From Oscillospiraceae bacterium (GTDB taxonomy: Bacteria > Bacillota > Clostridia > Oscillospirales > Oscillospiraceae): a stretch of DNA of 64,000 nt. Both the position numbers and the translations under genes were made by a program. Shown one piece after another: positions 53,851-63,773 of this stretch (position 1 is the stretch's first letter; every line of letters starts with the position of its first letter). The DNA is taken from the NCBI GenBank assembly GCA_045605145.1, contig JAZUPH010000073.1:1790-65789 (forward strand), written 5' to 3'. Under the pieces are notes generated by a model. The model was not told the DNA's origin. It saw nothing but the letters and a program-made list of their open reading frames with translations, and did no database searches.

Positions 53851-54120
53851 TATCCAGTCTGCATTTTTTGTCGGATTGACACAGCAATCCAACTGTATTA
53901 GTTTAAAACAATCGGCATCGTATGTCAAGATATACCATCCTTCGCGAAGTCTTTCCGATTGCTTCAATTGTTCAGCTCCGGAGGGTTTTAAGCAACGCAA
54001 AAGCGGGAATTTTTAAAGCTTTTACTGAAAACCTGGCCGTGATATACATTTGATACTGGTATTTTATGTCCATATGTATTAGAATCAGGTCAGAAGATCA
54101 TTTGTTGCGGAGGTAAGACG

Positions 54121-54771
54121 ATGTCTATCGTTATGGAAAGCCCTTTTGTCTGTCCGGAATGCGGCTGGGAATTTAAAGTCCCGGTATGGGGCAGCATCAA
54201 CATAAGCGCCGACCCCCAGATAAGGGACAATATCATCGGCGGCAGTCACTTCGCCGTAACCTGTCCTGAGTGCGGACAGAAGAGCAGCATAGTTTACAAC
54301 ACACTGTACGTTGACCGGGACAGAAAGCAGATAATCTGCCTTGTTCCCGACGGTGACGGAACAGACAGCCGGGAGGTTGAAATGCAGGCCCGAGACGCCG
54401 CCGCGTCCCTGCTAATGCCCGATGACCGTTTTCTCCTGCGTATCGTACACCGCACCGATGACCTGAGGGAGAAGATCATAATCTTCGACTCCGGGCTCGA
54501 CGATCGTCTTGTGGAAATTTGTAAGGGTGTGGCTCTGTCCCAGGTGCCCGAAGGGCTTGAGGTGAACGATGTGCGTTTCGCTGTCATTGCCGGACACCGT
54601 TTCCTTATCCTGTACTGCAAGGACGAGGGAGAGCAGTACGTCACCGGGTTTGACAGCTTCTACCGTCAGATTGAGGAGAGTTATGGCGGACTCCTGCCCC
54701 CACTGTACACCCGTGAGTTTTTGACCGTGGATCTGGACTATGTCTCCGCACTGCTGCGGGGCGAAGCGTGA
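54121..54771 (+). CDS. CpXC-domain protein
   Basis: 216 aa. CPECG..(35 aa)..CPECG pair. RBS GGAGGT. Confidence 0.75.
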   Translation: MSIVMESPFVCPECGWEFKVPVWGSINISADPQIRDNIIGGSHFAVTCPECGQKSSIVYNTLYVDRDRKQIICLVPDGDGTDSREVEMQARDAAASLLMPDDRFLLRIVHRTDDLREKIIIFDSGLDDRLVEICKGVALSQVPEGLEVNDVRFAVIAGHRFLILYCKDEGEQYVTGFDSFYRQIEESYGGLLPPLYTREFLTVDLDYVSALLRGEA

Positions 54772-54790
54772 TGCTGAAAGGAGCGATAAT

Positions 54791-55105
54791 ATGACACGTA
54801 TTATCAACGTATTTACTCTGAACAACATTGACAACATCGGAAAGGCAATGATAGAACTGCAAGAGACGCATAAGCTGCTGCCGGAAGGTTGCACCCTGGA
54901 AGTGTACCTCAACAACGATAAGCAGGTTTCCGACAAGCTGCCCGGCGCCTTTTTCGGTGACATCGTACAAATCATCAACTTCCCCTCATCCTACATGGCA
55001 TCCGTGTGGGACGAGAGCGAGGCATACAGGGATCAGCGCGCCCGCACAGCACATCTTTTCGCCAGCGCAACAACCCTCAGCTTCCCTATGGAGCAGGGCT
55101 GGTAA
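54791..55105 (+). CDS. hypothetical protein (104 aa)
   Basis: ATG 54791 behind AAAGGAG. No family recognised. Confidence 0.5.
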   Translation: MTRIINVFTLNNIDNIGKAMIELQETHKLLPEGCTLEVYLNNDKQVSDKLPGAFFGDIVQIINFPSSYMASVWDESEAYRDQRARTAHLFASATTLSFPMEQGW

Positions 55106-55168
55106 CAGAAAGCACAAATACCGTTGGGAACGAAGTTGTTCTCCGTTCACGACAACCATACAAGCTGA

Positions 55169-55196
55169 AAACGGCCTCTAAAGAGGCCGTTTTTTG
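55169..55196 (+). terminator. intrinsic terminator
   Basis: ACGGCCTCT-AA-AGAGGCCGT followed by TTTTTGTTT. Confidence 0.85.
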
Positions 55197-55279
55197 TTTC
55201 TTCCGATCGGCAGACGCTATATACCATATGCAATGAGCGGGGATGGCAGCATATGATCCGGGTCGAAACAATAAAAATA

Positions 55280-55308
55280 TTGACCAAATCGGTCAGCAGG
55301 GATATAAT
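55280..55308 (+). promoter_or_regulatory. sigma-A-type promoter for the FecCD/ATPase operon
   Basis: TTGACC, 17-nt spacer, TATAAT. Confidence 0.6.
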
Positions 55309-55345
55309 CAATATATTCTCGATCGAAAACAGAAAGGCAGATACT

Positions 55346-56410
55346 ATGCCAAAAAGCATGGATATAAAAAGAAAATACCGCCGCAGGATGCTTCTGCTGG
55401 CGGCGCTTACTGTGTTTATCTTCTTCGCTTCATTCGCACTGGGGCGCTATTCCGTCAGCCCCGGTCAGCTCATAAAAATACTTGCTGACGCCCTGCTGGA
55501 TCTTATCCGCAAAGCCGTCCCCTCCGTGCCCGACATGGCACAGACATGGACGGATAACGAGGCGGCGGTGGTTTTAAACATCCGCCTGCCGCGCATTATC
55601 TGCGCTGCCGTTGTTGGGGCAGCGCTTTCTGTGGCGGGCGCATCCTACCAGGGCATTTTCCGCAACCCCATGGTCTCCCCCGACATTCTCGGTGCCTCCA
55701 CGGGCGCAGGCTTCGGCGCGGCGCTGGGCATACTTTTGGGTCTGGGCTATATGGGCATCACTGTCAGCAGCTTTGTCTGCGGCGTGGGTGCCGTAGCGCT
55801 GGCATGGCTTTTGGGCCGGGCCAGCAGACTGGACAATACCCTTGCAATGGTGCTTGCGGGCATGATGGTGGGGTCGCTGTTCTCCTCAGGCACGTCATAC
55901 ATAAAGCTGGTAGCCGACACGCAGGAGCAGCTGCCCGCCATAACCTATTGGCTGATGGGCTCGCTGGCCTCCGTCAAGGGACGGGATGCATGGTTCGTCA
56001 TCCTCCCTGTGGCGATGGGCATGATACCGCTTATCCTGCTGCGCTGGCGGATAAATCTGCTCACCGTCAGCGAGGAAGAGGCCCGCTCCATGGGCATCAA
56101 CACCACCCTTTTGCGCACTGTTGTCATCATCTGCGCCACCCTTATGACCGCCGCCAGCGTAGCCATAAGCGGCATGATCGGCTGGGTGGGTCTGGTTATC
56201 CCCCATTTCTGCCGCATGATGTTCGGCAGCGATTACCGCCGCCTTATCCCATCGGGAATGCTGCTGGGCAGCGCATTTTTGATAGTGGTGGACAACGTGG
56301 CCCGCGTTGCCGCCACAAGCGAGATACCGCTGGGCATACTGACGTCATTTGTCGGCGCGCCGGTGTTCATCCTGCTGATAACGAAGGGGGGCGAAATGCG
56401 TGGCGATTGA
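55346..56410 (+). CDS. FecCD-family (iron-siderophore/cobalamin type) ABC permease
   Basis: Start at MPKSMDIK (ATG 55346). LNIRLPRI..GAALS.AG..QG.FRNP signature. Confidence 0.85.
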   Translation: MPKSMDIKRKYRRRMLLLAALTVFIFFASFALGRYSVSPGQLIKILADALLDLIRKAVPSVPDMAQTWTDNEAAVVLNIRLPRIICAAVVGAALSVAGASYQGIFRNPMVSPDILGASTGAGFGAALGILLGLGYMGITVSSFVCGVGAVALAWLLGRASRLDNTLAMVLAGMMVGSLFSSGTSYIKLVADTQEQLPAITYWLMGSLASVKGRDAWFVILPVAMGMIPLILLRWRINLLTVSEEEARSMGINTTLLRTVVIICATLMTAASVAISGMIGWVGLVIPHFCRMMFGSDYRRLIPSGMLLGSAFLIVVDNVARVAATSEIPLGILTSFVGAPVFILLITKGGEMRGD

Positions 56411-57182
56411 GATTAAAGATCTCAGCTTCTCCTACCGGGGGCATGACGTACTCCATGATGTGTCTTTCAGCGCCGCAGACGGCGACGTTGCCGCTGTGCT
56501 GGGCCCCAACGGCGTGGGCAAAAGCACTCTCTTCCGCTGCATGCTGGGCTTTTTGAAGCCGCAAAAGGGCAGCATAACTGTTGATGGCCGCGACATAAGC
56601 GCCATGGATCGGCGTGAGGCCGCCCGAACAATTGCATACATTCCCCAAAACAGCAACCCCGTGTTCAACTACACCGTTGAAGACGTGGTGCTTATGGGCG
56701 CAACAAACAGACTGGGTATGTTCTCCACACCCGGGCAGGAAGATATTGAAAGGGCCGGGGCAATAATGGACAGTTTGGGCATCCTTCCTCTGAAAGACCG
56801 CCCCTGCGGCAAAATATCCGGCGGTGAGCGGCAGCTTACACTGCTGGCCCGCGCCCTGCTGCAGGATGCAAGGGTGCTGATAATGGACGAGCCCACCGCC
56901 GCTCTGGACTACGGCAATCAGCTTATGGTCATGGAGCGCATTGAGGAGCTGGCAGGTCACAGCTACACCGTCATTTTCTCCACGCACGATCCAAACCAGG
57001 CTTTCCGACACGCGTCAAAGGTTCTGGCCATGCGCGAAGGGCGCGTACACGCCGCCGGGCAGCCCGTTGATGTACTGACCACCACCACCCTCAGCCGCCT
57101 GTACGGCATTAACATCGCCATGGGCAGTGTTGCGACACAGGGCGGGGACGTGACCGTGATCGTGCCGGAGCGCAAAAAATAA
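56400..57182 (+). CDS. ABC transporter ATP-binding protein (FecE/BtuD-like)
   Basis: GTG start overlapping the permease end by 11 nt. Walker A GPNGVGKST, signature SGGERQ, Walker B LIMDEPT. Confidence 0.9.
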   Translation: MAIEIKDLSFSYRGHDVLHDVSFSAADGDVAAVLGPNGVGKSTLFRCMLGFLKPQKGSITVDGRDISAMDRREAARTIAYIPQNSNPVFNYTVEDVVLMGATNRLGMFSTPGQEDIERAGAIMDSLGILPLKDRPCGKISGGERQLTLLARALLQDARVLIMDEPTAALDYGNQLMVMERIEELAGHSYTVIFSTHDPNQAFRHASKVLAMREGRVHAAGQPVDVLTTTTLSRLYGINIAMGSVATQGGDVTVIVPERKK

Positions 57183-57222
57183 GCGCCGCGGCATAGGCCG
57201 CAGCGCGGATATATCTAATTAC

Positions 57223-57561
57223 TCAGTCTTTATACAGCTGTACAAACTTTTCGTTTGCCGCCTGCTGCGCGGCATCCAGCACCTGTTTATAGTTGTTGAT
57301 AAGCTGCTTCGCCTCTTCCGTCAGGTGGGAGCCGAAGCGCCCGTTGCGCTCAAGCAGCTTTATACCAAACTCCTGTTCGGTTTTGGTGAGTATCTTCCAG
57401 CTTTTGGAATAGGCCATTCCCATATTGGCACATGCCTTTCGAATGGAACCGGTACTCTCAATAAGCTCAAGCAGGCGCACAGCCCCGGTACCGAAACCAA
57501 GGGAGTCAGGTTCATAATCGTTAAAGAATGTCAAGCGAAGGCGCATATGTATATCAGGCAT
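57223..57561 (-). CDS. ModE N-terminal-like winged-helix regulator (HTH only, no Mop domains)
   Basis: Start at MPDIHMRL (ATG 57561) 8 nt after GGAG. GSIRKACANMGMAYSKSWKIL HTH pattern. Confidence 0.6.
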   Translation of the reverse strand: MPDIHMRLRLTFFNDYEPDSLGFGTGAVRLLELIESTGSIRKACANMGMAYSKSWKILTKTEQEFGIKLLERNGRFGSHLTEEAKQLINNYKQVLDAAQQAANEKFVQLYKD

Positions 57562-57662
57562 CCGGATCACTCCTCTGTAGGCAGCATACTGTATCCGCTA
57601 CGGTATCAGTACCAATAATAATACCTTTCCCGTCCTATTGCAATCGTTTTTTGAGGTCAAAT

Positions 57663-58757
57663 ATGCATATTTTTCTCACAGGTCCCGTACAGGTGGGCAA
57701 AAGCACCGCAATAAAAAAATATCTTGCTGCCCACAGATCTGTGCGGTTGGGCGGTTTCGTCACCGTAAGCGACTTCGACAACGCCGACGGTGCCATGGCG
57801 CAGGTACTGCTGCGCCCCGCCGGGGACACCAACGGCGGCTACAGAGTCGGTCTGCGCTTCGGTCAGGGGCGGCACGAGTCCTATCCAAAGATTTTCGACC
57901 GGTACGGCCCCGCCATGCTGGAAGGCACAGATTGCGATCTTATCCTGATGGATGAGGTGGGCTTTATGGAAAGTCAGGCCGAGCAGTTTGCCGCCGCCGT
58001 ATTGCGCACCCTTGACGGCAGTACCCCGGTGCTGGGTGTTATTAAGCCCAGGCACACGGCCCTGCTTGACGCCATCCGCAGCCACCCGGAGGTCTGCGTC
58101 ATCGAGGTAAGCGAGGCAAACCGGGACAGTATTCCGGCCCTGATAGAGGGGCTGATGTCCCCTGCCCTGCCCGGTGTAGGCGGGCTGATCGTTTCGGCGG
58201 GCCTGAGCTCACGAATGGGTGATTTCAAACCCCTGCTGCCTCTTGGCGGCAAGCCAATGCTGCAGCACACAATCGATAATATGCGCCGGGCCGGCGCACA
58301 GGAAATCGCCGTTGTCACCGGGCACCGGGCAGAAGACCTGCGCCCCATAATCGCCGCCATGGGCGCCCGGGAAGTGTACAACCCCGACTATGCAACCACT
58401 CAGATGTTCGACTCGATAAAGCTGGGTCTGGGCTATCTCGCCAACAGGGTCGGGCGCATTCTTATGACCCCCGTGGACAACCCCGCTATCGCCCCAGAGA
58501 CTTTTGCCGCTGTCCTCGGTGAAAGCGCCCCCATCGTACGCCCCGAGTATAAGGGCGTGGGCGGGCACCCCCTGCTGTTTGACAGCCGGCTTGCCCGCTT
58601 CCTTGCGGTGTATGACGGCCCCGGGGGGATGCGCGGCGCAATGGAAAGCTGCGGCATTGCAATAAAACAGGTGCCGGTAGATGACATTGGCATCGACCTT
58701 GACGCCGACACGCCGGAAGAGTATACCCGCCTGTGCGAATACTGGGCGCAAAGATAA
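57663..58757 (+). CDS. fusion protein: THEP1/NTPase_1-like P-loop domain plus MobA/MocA-like nucleotidyltransferase domain
   Basis: Start at MHIFLTGPVQVGKST (ATG 57663 after GAGGT). DEVGFME Walker B. C-terminal half LIVSAGLSSRMG.FKPLL.L.GKPML is the MocA/MobA signature. Confidence 0.7.
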   Translation: MHIFLTGPVQVGKSTAIKKYLAAHRSVRLGGFVTVSDFDNADGAMAQVLLRPAGDTNGGYRVGLRFGQGRHESYPKIFDRYGPAMLEGTDCDLILMDEVGFMESQAEQFAAAVLRTLDGSTPVLGVIKPRHTALLDAIRSHPEVCVIEVSEANRDSIPALIEGLMSPALPGVGGLIVSAGLSSRMGDFKPLLPLGGKPMLQHTIDNMRRAGAQEIAVVTGHRAEDLRPIIAAMGAREVYNPDYATTQMFDSIKLGLGYLANRVGRILMTPVDNPAIAPETFAAVLGESAPIVRPEYKGVGGHPLLFDSRLARFLAVYDGPGGMRGAMESCGIAIKQVPVDDIGIDLDADTPEEYTRLCEYWAQR

Positions 58758-58767
58758 CACAAGAAGC

Positions 58768-58795
58768 AAGGGTGCAGTCCTGTGACTGCACCCTT
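58768..58795. terminator. bidirectional terminator
   Basis: 12-bp stem AAGGGTGCAGTC/GACTGCACCCTT between convergent genes. Confidence 0.75.
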
Positions 58796-58803
58796 TGATT
58801 TTA

Positions 58804-60207
58804 TTACATTTGCCCGGTACGCTCTTTATATAACTTCAACGACAGAACTGCCGCCACCACAAAAGCGATAGCCTCTGCCGCCGGGAACACGAGCCAGACT
58901 ATATCAGCCGCGTTGGGCAAAAGCGACAGTGCCCACGCGCCCGGCAGAATAATGACAGCCTGACGCAGGAGGGAAATCAGGAGAGAATACATCCCGTTGC
59001 CCAGAGCCTGGCACACACCCTGAAGGATCACATTGATGCCCACAAAGATATATCCGGCAGCAATTATCCGCACGGCCCGCGTACACATAACAAGGGCCGC
59101 ATCGCTCAGGCTGAAAATCCCCACGATCTGAGGAGCAAACAGCTCAAATAGGACTGTCGCCGCCGTCATTATGCCGGACACATATATCAGATCCCAGCGG
59201 ACAGCACCGCGTATACGCGCCTTGTCACGGGCACCGAAGTTGAAGCCGATGACAGGTATGCTGGCATTGTTAAGAGCTAAGGAAGGCATGAAAGCAAAAC
59301 TCTGCAGTTTGTTATAAATGCCGTAGGCGGCAAGGGCAGTCTGGGAAATGCCGCCCAGGATCATGTTGATGCCATAGGCACTGACAGAACCCAGTGTCTG
59401 CATTACTATTGCAGGGGCACCGACCCGGTAGATCTGTGCGATTATATCTTTTCTGGGCACCACATAGGAGAGATGATTCTTTACCTCTTTATTAAGCACA
59501 AAGTGCAAAATACACACAACCACTGCGCCACAGCCCTGACCAATAACAGTGGCAAGGGCGGCACCCTTCACGCCCATGGCAGGCAGACCGAATTTGCCGA
59601 AGATCAGTATCGGGTCAAGAATGATGTTGGTCAGCGCACCGATGAGCTGACCGGTCATGGTGGCAACAGTTTTGCCCGTCGCCTGAAGCATTTTTTCAAA
59701 AGTCATATAGCCCACATTGGCGAAGGCACCCACGGTAATAACGCGCATATATTGGGCGGCCAGCTGCAGCGTCACAGGGTCGGAGGTCTGACCCGAAAGA
59801 TACAGATCAGTAGCGGTGAGGCCAAACAGCAGGATCAGCAGATAAAAAGCGATGCCCAGGAAAATGGAATTGCCCGCGACGCGGTTCGCCCGCTCATAGT
59901 TGCGCTCACCAAGGCTTTTTGAAAGTGCCGCGTTGACGCCCACCCCTGTACCGACGCAGACTCCTGTTATAAGCATCTGCACGGGAAAAACCAGGGTAAG
60001 GGCACTGACAGCCTTGTCGCTCATGTCGGCGATACCCGCCGCAGTTATCTGAGAGACGTAATAACTGTCCACAACATTGTACAGTGCCTGCACCAGCATG
60101 GACAGCACCATGGGTGCCGCCATGGTAATAAGCAGTTTGGGCATGGACATTATGCCCATTTTGTTGCCGGCAGGCGCGATGCGCTTTGCCTTGAGTGAAG
60201 GACTCAT
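58804..60207 (-). CDS. MATE-family efflux transporter
   Basis: Start at MSPSLKAK (ATG 60207, RBS CAGGAGGAAA). 12-TM pattern. PMVLSMLVQALYNVVDSYYVS is a typical MATE N-terminus. Confidence 0.88.
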   Translation of the reverse strand: MSPSLKAKRIAPAGNKMGIMSMPKLLITMAAPMVLSMLVQALYNVVDSYYVSQITAAGIADMSDKAVSALTLVFPVQMLITGVCVGTGVGVNAALSKSLGERNYERANRVAGNSIFLGIAFYLLILLFGLTATDLYLSGQTSDPVTLQLAAQYMRVITVGAFANVGYMTFEKMLQATGKTVATMTGQLIGALTNIILDPILIFGKFGLPAMGVKGAALATVIGQGCGAVVVCILHFVLNKEVKNHLSYVVPRKDIIAQIYRVGAPAIVMQTLGSVSAYGINMILGGISQTALAAYGIYNKLQSFAFMPSLALNNASIPVIGFNFGARDKARIRGAVRWDLIYVSGIMTAATVLFELFAPQIVGIFSLSDAALVMCTRAVRIIAAGYIFVGINVILQGVCQALGNGMYSLLISLLRQAVIILPGAWALSLLPNAADIVWLVFPAAEAIAFVVAAVLSLKLYKERTGQM

Positions 60208-60341
60208 GTTTTCCTCCTGTGAATATATCAATATGATTATAAGCATTTTACCACATTCTCCGCAAAAAGGTAATTACATTTGATACACGAACCTCTCGCC
60301 TGCCGCGTTTGCTTTTTACGCCGGTTATTTTGCGTTTTTAC

Positions 60342-60370
60342 TTGTAACCTTTGTCGAATATTGCTATAAT
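60342..60370 (+). promoter_or_regulatory. sigma-A-type promoter for the dnaD-like/dnaI-like operon
   Basis: TTGTAA, 17-nt spacer, TATAAT with TGC extended -10. Confidence 0.6.
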
Positions 60371-60448
60371 GATTGTGATTATTTTGGGATATTGCATCCA
60401 TGTGATGCTCATACCGTGTTTATCCCGCAGCAAAGGTGGTGTCGGCAT

Positions 60449-61420
60449 ATGGAGAATAAGGCAAGGATCGTCGCCAATGCAGGCACCGTTTCCATGAGCA
60501 ATGAGGCAGCAGACAGGCTCATACGCCGTCAGAACGGCACTGCTACACTGCTGTACATACATATTCTGCGCCACGGCGGAGTGTATGACCCCGCCAGAGC
60601 AGAAGCCGATCTGGGGCTTGACCCATCCCATCTGCGCACCGCATTTGGCGTGCTCAGCCAGGAGGGGCTGGTCACCACAGGAGACAATGTGCAGACACCG
60701 GCACAAGCAGCGAATCCTGCGCCCCCGCTGCTGCAGGAGGATAAGCTGCCGGAGTACACCACCGAGGACATCAAGAAGCGCCTGGCAGTGGACAAAGTGT
60801 TTACCGAACTGCACAAGGCTGTGCAGAGCATGCTGGGCAAGCTGCTCAGTTCGGACGACACGATAAAGCTGTACGGTATATACGACAATCTTGGTCTGCC
60901 GCCCGAGGTGATACTGCACCTGGTGGGGCACTGCATAAGCCAGACCAAGAAGCGCAGCGGCCCCGGCCGCATGCCCACCATGCGCTACATAGAGAAGGCG
61001 GCCTATCAGTGGGAGCGGGAGGGTATCAACTCCCTGGAGATGGCGGATGCGCATATCCGCCGCATTGACCGGCTGTATGAGATGGAGGGTGCCATGGCTG
61101 CAGCCCTGCAGATACACGGGCGCGGGCTTTCCACCACAGAGCGTGCTTACATTGCATCATGGTTGGACATGGGTTATACCCCCGACGCCGTTGCAATCGC
61201 CTACGACCGGACGGTGACGCGCACCGGGCGCATGAACTGGAAATATATCGACAGCATAATGAAAAGCTGGCACAGCAAAGGGCTGCACAGCCCTGCCGAA
61301 ATTGAGCGCGGCGACAGCAAACCGGGCGGAGCATCCGCCGGGCAGAACACACCGCAGCAGAGTGCAACCCTGGAAGATTTTGAACGCATGAAGCGTTATC
61401 TTGAAGACGGAGGGCACTAA
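60449..61420 (+). CDS. DnaD-domain replication initiation/helicase-loading protein (DnaB/DnaD-like)
   Basis: Start at MENKARIV (ATG 60449). DnaD-type repeats (YIEKAAYQWEREGI, YIDSIMKSWHSKGL). Confidence 0.75.
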   Translation: MENKARIVANAGTVSMSNEAADRLIRRQNGTATLLYIHILRHGGVYDPARAEADLGLDPSHLRTAFGVLSQEGLVTTGDNVQTPAQAANPAPPLLQEDKLPEYTTEDIKKRLAVDKVFTELHKAVQSMLGKLLSSDDTIKLYGIYDNLGLPPEVILHLVGHCISQTKKRSGPGRMPTMRYIEKAAYQWEREGINSLEMADAHIRRIDRLYEMEGAMAAALQIHGRGLSTTERAYIASWLDMGYTPDAVAIAYDRTVTRTGRMNWKYIDSIMKSWHSKGLHSPAEIERGDSKPGGASAGQNTPQQSATLEDFERMKRYLEDGGH

Positions 61421-61456
61421 CCCCGCCGAAACACAAAATGCCGCACAGGCGGCAGA

Positions 61457-62461
61457 ATGGAGATATACATGGCCGGTGACGGTAAAATAACAGCAAGGGC
61501 GATGGACGCCCTGCAGCGCCGAAAAACTGAAAGAGAGGCAATGTACCGCCGCCGTCGGGAAGATGTATTTGCCAGAAACAGCGCCGCCAAAGAGCTTGAC
61601 GGCCGCATCCGTGCTTTGCCGGTGCAGGCGCTGCGCGCCACTTTGGAGGGCGGAGACGATGCACAGGAAAAGATCGCGCTTATAAAGCACGACAGCTTCC
61701 TGCTGAGGGAGGAGCTGGCGCGTGAGCTGGCGCTTATGGGCCTTCCCCACGACTGGCTTGAAGAGGATTATTACTGCAAAGAGTGCCGTGACACCGGGTA
61801 TGTGGACGGCAGAATGTGCGCCTGCCTTAAGGAGCTGGTCGCGAAAGAGCAGACCAAAGAGCTGTCCAGTCTTTTGGATATGGGCGGCGAAACATTCTCC
61901 AGCTTCAGACTGAGCATGTACGACGACAAGCCCGACCCTGTTACCCATGTTTCGCCCAGGGCAGTGATGGAGGTTGTCCTCGGCGTGTGCAAACGTTTTG
62001 CACGGGATTTCGGCGCAGTGCCGGAAAACCTGCTGATGAGCGGCGGCACAGGTCTGGGCAAGACCTTCCTGTCCACCTGCATAGCCAATGAAGTGTCCAA
62101 GGCCGGTTATTCCGTGGTCTATGCCTCCGCTGCGAGCTGTTTTGCCCGATTTGAGGACGAAAAATTTTCCCGCTATGATACCGAGGCGCAGGAGGATGTT
62201 GACCGCTATCTCAACTGCGATCTTTTGATAATTGACGATCTGGGCACAGAGATGACGACCAGCTTCACTGTAAGCGCCCTTTACCGCATTGTCAACACCC
62301 GCCTGATGCGCCGCAAGAGCACCATTATCAGCACCAATCTGCAGCCTGAGGATATTTCCGGCAGATACTCTGCCGCCATATATTCACGCATTGTCGGCGA
62401 ATACAAGTTCCTGAAATTTGTCGGGCGTGATATACGCACCATGGGCAGCAGAAACGGATAA
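61457..62461 (+). CDS. DnaC/DnaI-family AAA+ helicase loader
   Basis: Zn module CKECRDTGYVDGRMCAC, Walker A GGTGLGKTF, Walker B LLIIDDLG. The start may be ATG 61469. Confidence 0.82.
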   Translation: MEIYMAGDGKITARAMDALQRRKTEREAMYRRRREDVFARNSAAKELDGRIRALPVQALRATLEGGDDAQEKIALIKHDSFLLREELARELALMGLPHDWLEEDYYCKECRDTGYVDGRMCACLKELVAKEQTKELSSLLDMGGETFSSFRLSMYDDKPDPVTHVSPRAVMEVVLGVCKRFARDFGAVPENLLMSGGTGLGKTFLSTCIANEVSKAGYSVVYASAASCFARFEDEKFSRYDTEAQEDVDRYLNCDLLIIDDLGTEMTTSFTVSALYRIVNTRLMRRKSTIISTNLQPEDISGRYSAAIYSRIVGEYKFLKFVGRDIRTMGSRNG

Positions 62462-62464
62462 GTG

Positions 62465-63238
62465 ATGGAGCTTTATATACTGGCATCCGGCTCATCCGGC
62501 AACAGCGCGCTTGTCTCTTCACCCCGGGGTCGGCTGCTGATTGACGCAGGAATATCCATGCGCCGCATATGCGCGGCACTGAGGGCAGAGGGCATCCCGC
62601 CGGAAACTTTGTCGGCGATTCTCGTGACCCACGCCCACAGCGACCACATCGGCGGTCTAAAAACGATGACGAAGTATTACCGCCTGCCCATTTATTGCAC
62701 GCAAGACTGCGCGCGGGAGATCTGCCGCCATATTCCCGAGGCCGCGGCATACATAAACACGGTCACTCCCGGTGAGCATTTTGTGTGCGCAGGGCTTGAT
62801 GTGCTCGCATTCCCCACAATGCACGACTCCCCTGGCAGCGCAGGCTGGCGCCTGTCGGACGGCGCAGGCAGTCTGGCATTTGTGACCGACCTGGGCTGTG
62901 TGACGCAGGATGTTATCTCCGCTGTCAACGGTGCGGCGGCTGTGGTGCTGGAAGCCAACTATGATATAAATATGCTGATGAACGGGCCTTACCCCTATTA
63001 TCTGAAAGAGCGTATTTTGTCCCGCCAGGGGCATCTTTCCAATGAGGACAGCGGAAAACTGGCCGCATATTTGGTGCAGCGCGGCACAAAACAGATAATA
63101 CTGGCTCACTTGAGTGCGGAAAACAATCTGCCAGGCCGCGCACTGCAGGCGGTGAACACCGCACTGGAGGCCGCAGGGCTGTCGGCCACGGTCACCGTTG
63201 CAAAACGCAGCGAATGCACGGGAAAGGTTTGCATATAA
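62465..63238 (+). CDS. MBL-fold metallo-hydrolase (YycJ/WalJ-like)
   Basis: HAHSDHIGG motif, MELYILASGSSGN N-terminus. Confidence 0.85.
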   Translation: MELYILASGSSGNSALVSSPRGRLLIDAGISMRRICAALRAEGIPPETLSAILVTHAHSDHIGGLKTMTKYYRLPIYCTQDCAREICRHIPEAAAYINTVTPGEHFVCAGLDVLAFPTMHDSPGSAGWRLSDGAGSLAFVTDLGCVTQDVISAVNGAAAVVLEANYDINMLMNGPYPYYLKERILSRQGHLSNEDSGKLAAYLVQRGTKQIILAHLSAENNLPGRALQAVNTALEAAGLSATVTVAKRSECTGKVCI

Positions 63239-63709
63239 ATGGATGTGCGTTTTATCTGCGTCGGGCGGCTTAAGGAAAGCTATTACCTTGACGCACAGAA
63301 GGAATATATCAAGCGCCTTGGCGCATTCTGCAAGGTTGAGGTGTGTCAGGTCAAGGAAGAGCAGCGCAGCCCCGGCATATCCTCCGAGGCCGCTTTCACC
63401 CGGGAGCGGGACGAGATCCTGCGTCTTATCCCCACGGGGGCAAAAATCTGGGCCATGTGTATTGAGGGAAAAATGCTCGACAGCGTTGCACTGTCCAAAC
63501 AGCTCGCCGCTGCCAACGACAGCGGCAGCGCCAAGCTGTGCATCATCATCGGCGGCAGTGAAGGACTGCATCCTGACATCAAGGCCAAGGCAGACTTTAA
63601 GCTGTCAATGTCTCCCATGACATTCCCGCACCATCTGGCGCGCATCATGGCGCTGGAGCAGCTTTACCGCGCATTCGACATACTGCGCGGCGGCAAATAC
63701 CACAAATAA
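63239..63709 (+). CDS. rlmH: 23S rRNA (pseudouridine1915-N3)-methyltransferase
   Basis: 156 aa SPOUT protein. IIGGSEGL and PHHLARIMALEQLYRA motifs. Starts directly after the MBL stop. Confidence 0.92.
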   Translation: MDVRFICVGRLKESYYLDAQKEYIKRLGAFCKVEVCQVKEEQRSPGISSEAAFTRERDEILRLIPTGAKIWAMCIEGKMLDSVALSKQLAAANDSGSAKLCIIIGGSEGLHPDIKAKADFKLSMSPMTFPHHLARIMALEQLYRAFDILRGGKYHK

Positions 63710-63773
63710 CTACAAACATCGCCCGGCAGCGGGCGTATAATGCAGTAAACGATACCATATGGGAGAGGATCGA

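Noticed and set aside
52378-54000. ORF-track N-terminal extensions, for example MBOAT from 54000. Others: 47204-47659, 55253-56410, 57528-58757, 4583-5158, 7677-9161, 13967-15010 and 5032-7695.
   Set aside because: Family homology and SD-like sequences begin at internal ATG/GTG/TTG codons. The upstream parts overlap promoters, terminators or the neighbouring gene, so I trimmed the starts in the feature list.
55197-55345. Cobalamin or other riboswitch upstream of the FecCD-type importer
   Set aside because: The promoter (55280-55308) leaves a leader of only about 35 nt, and no B12-box (GCCACTG-like) is present.
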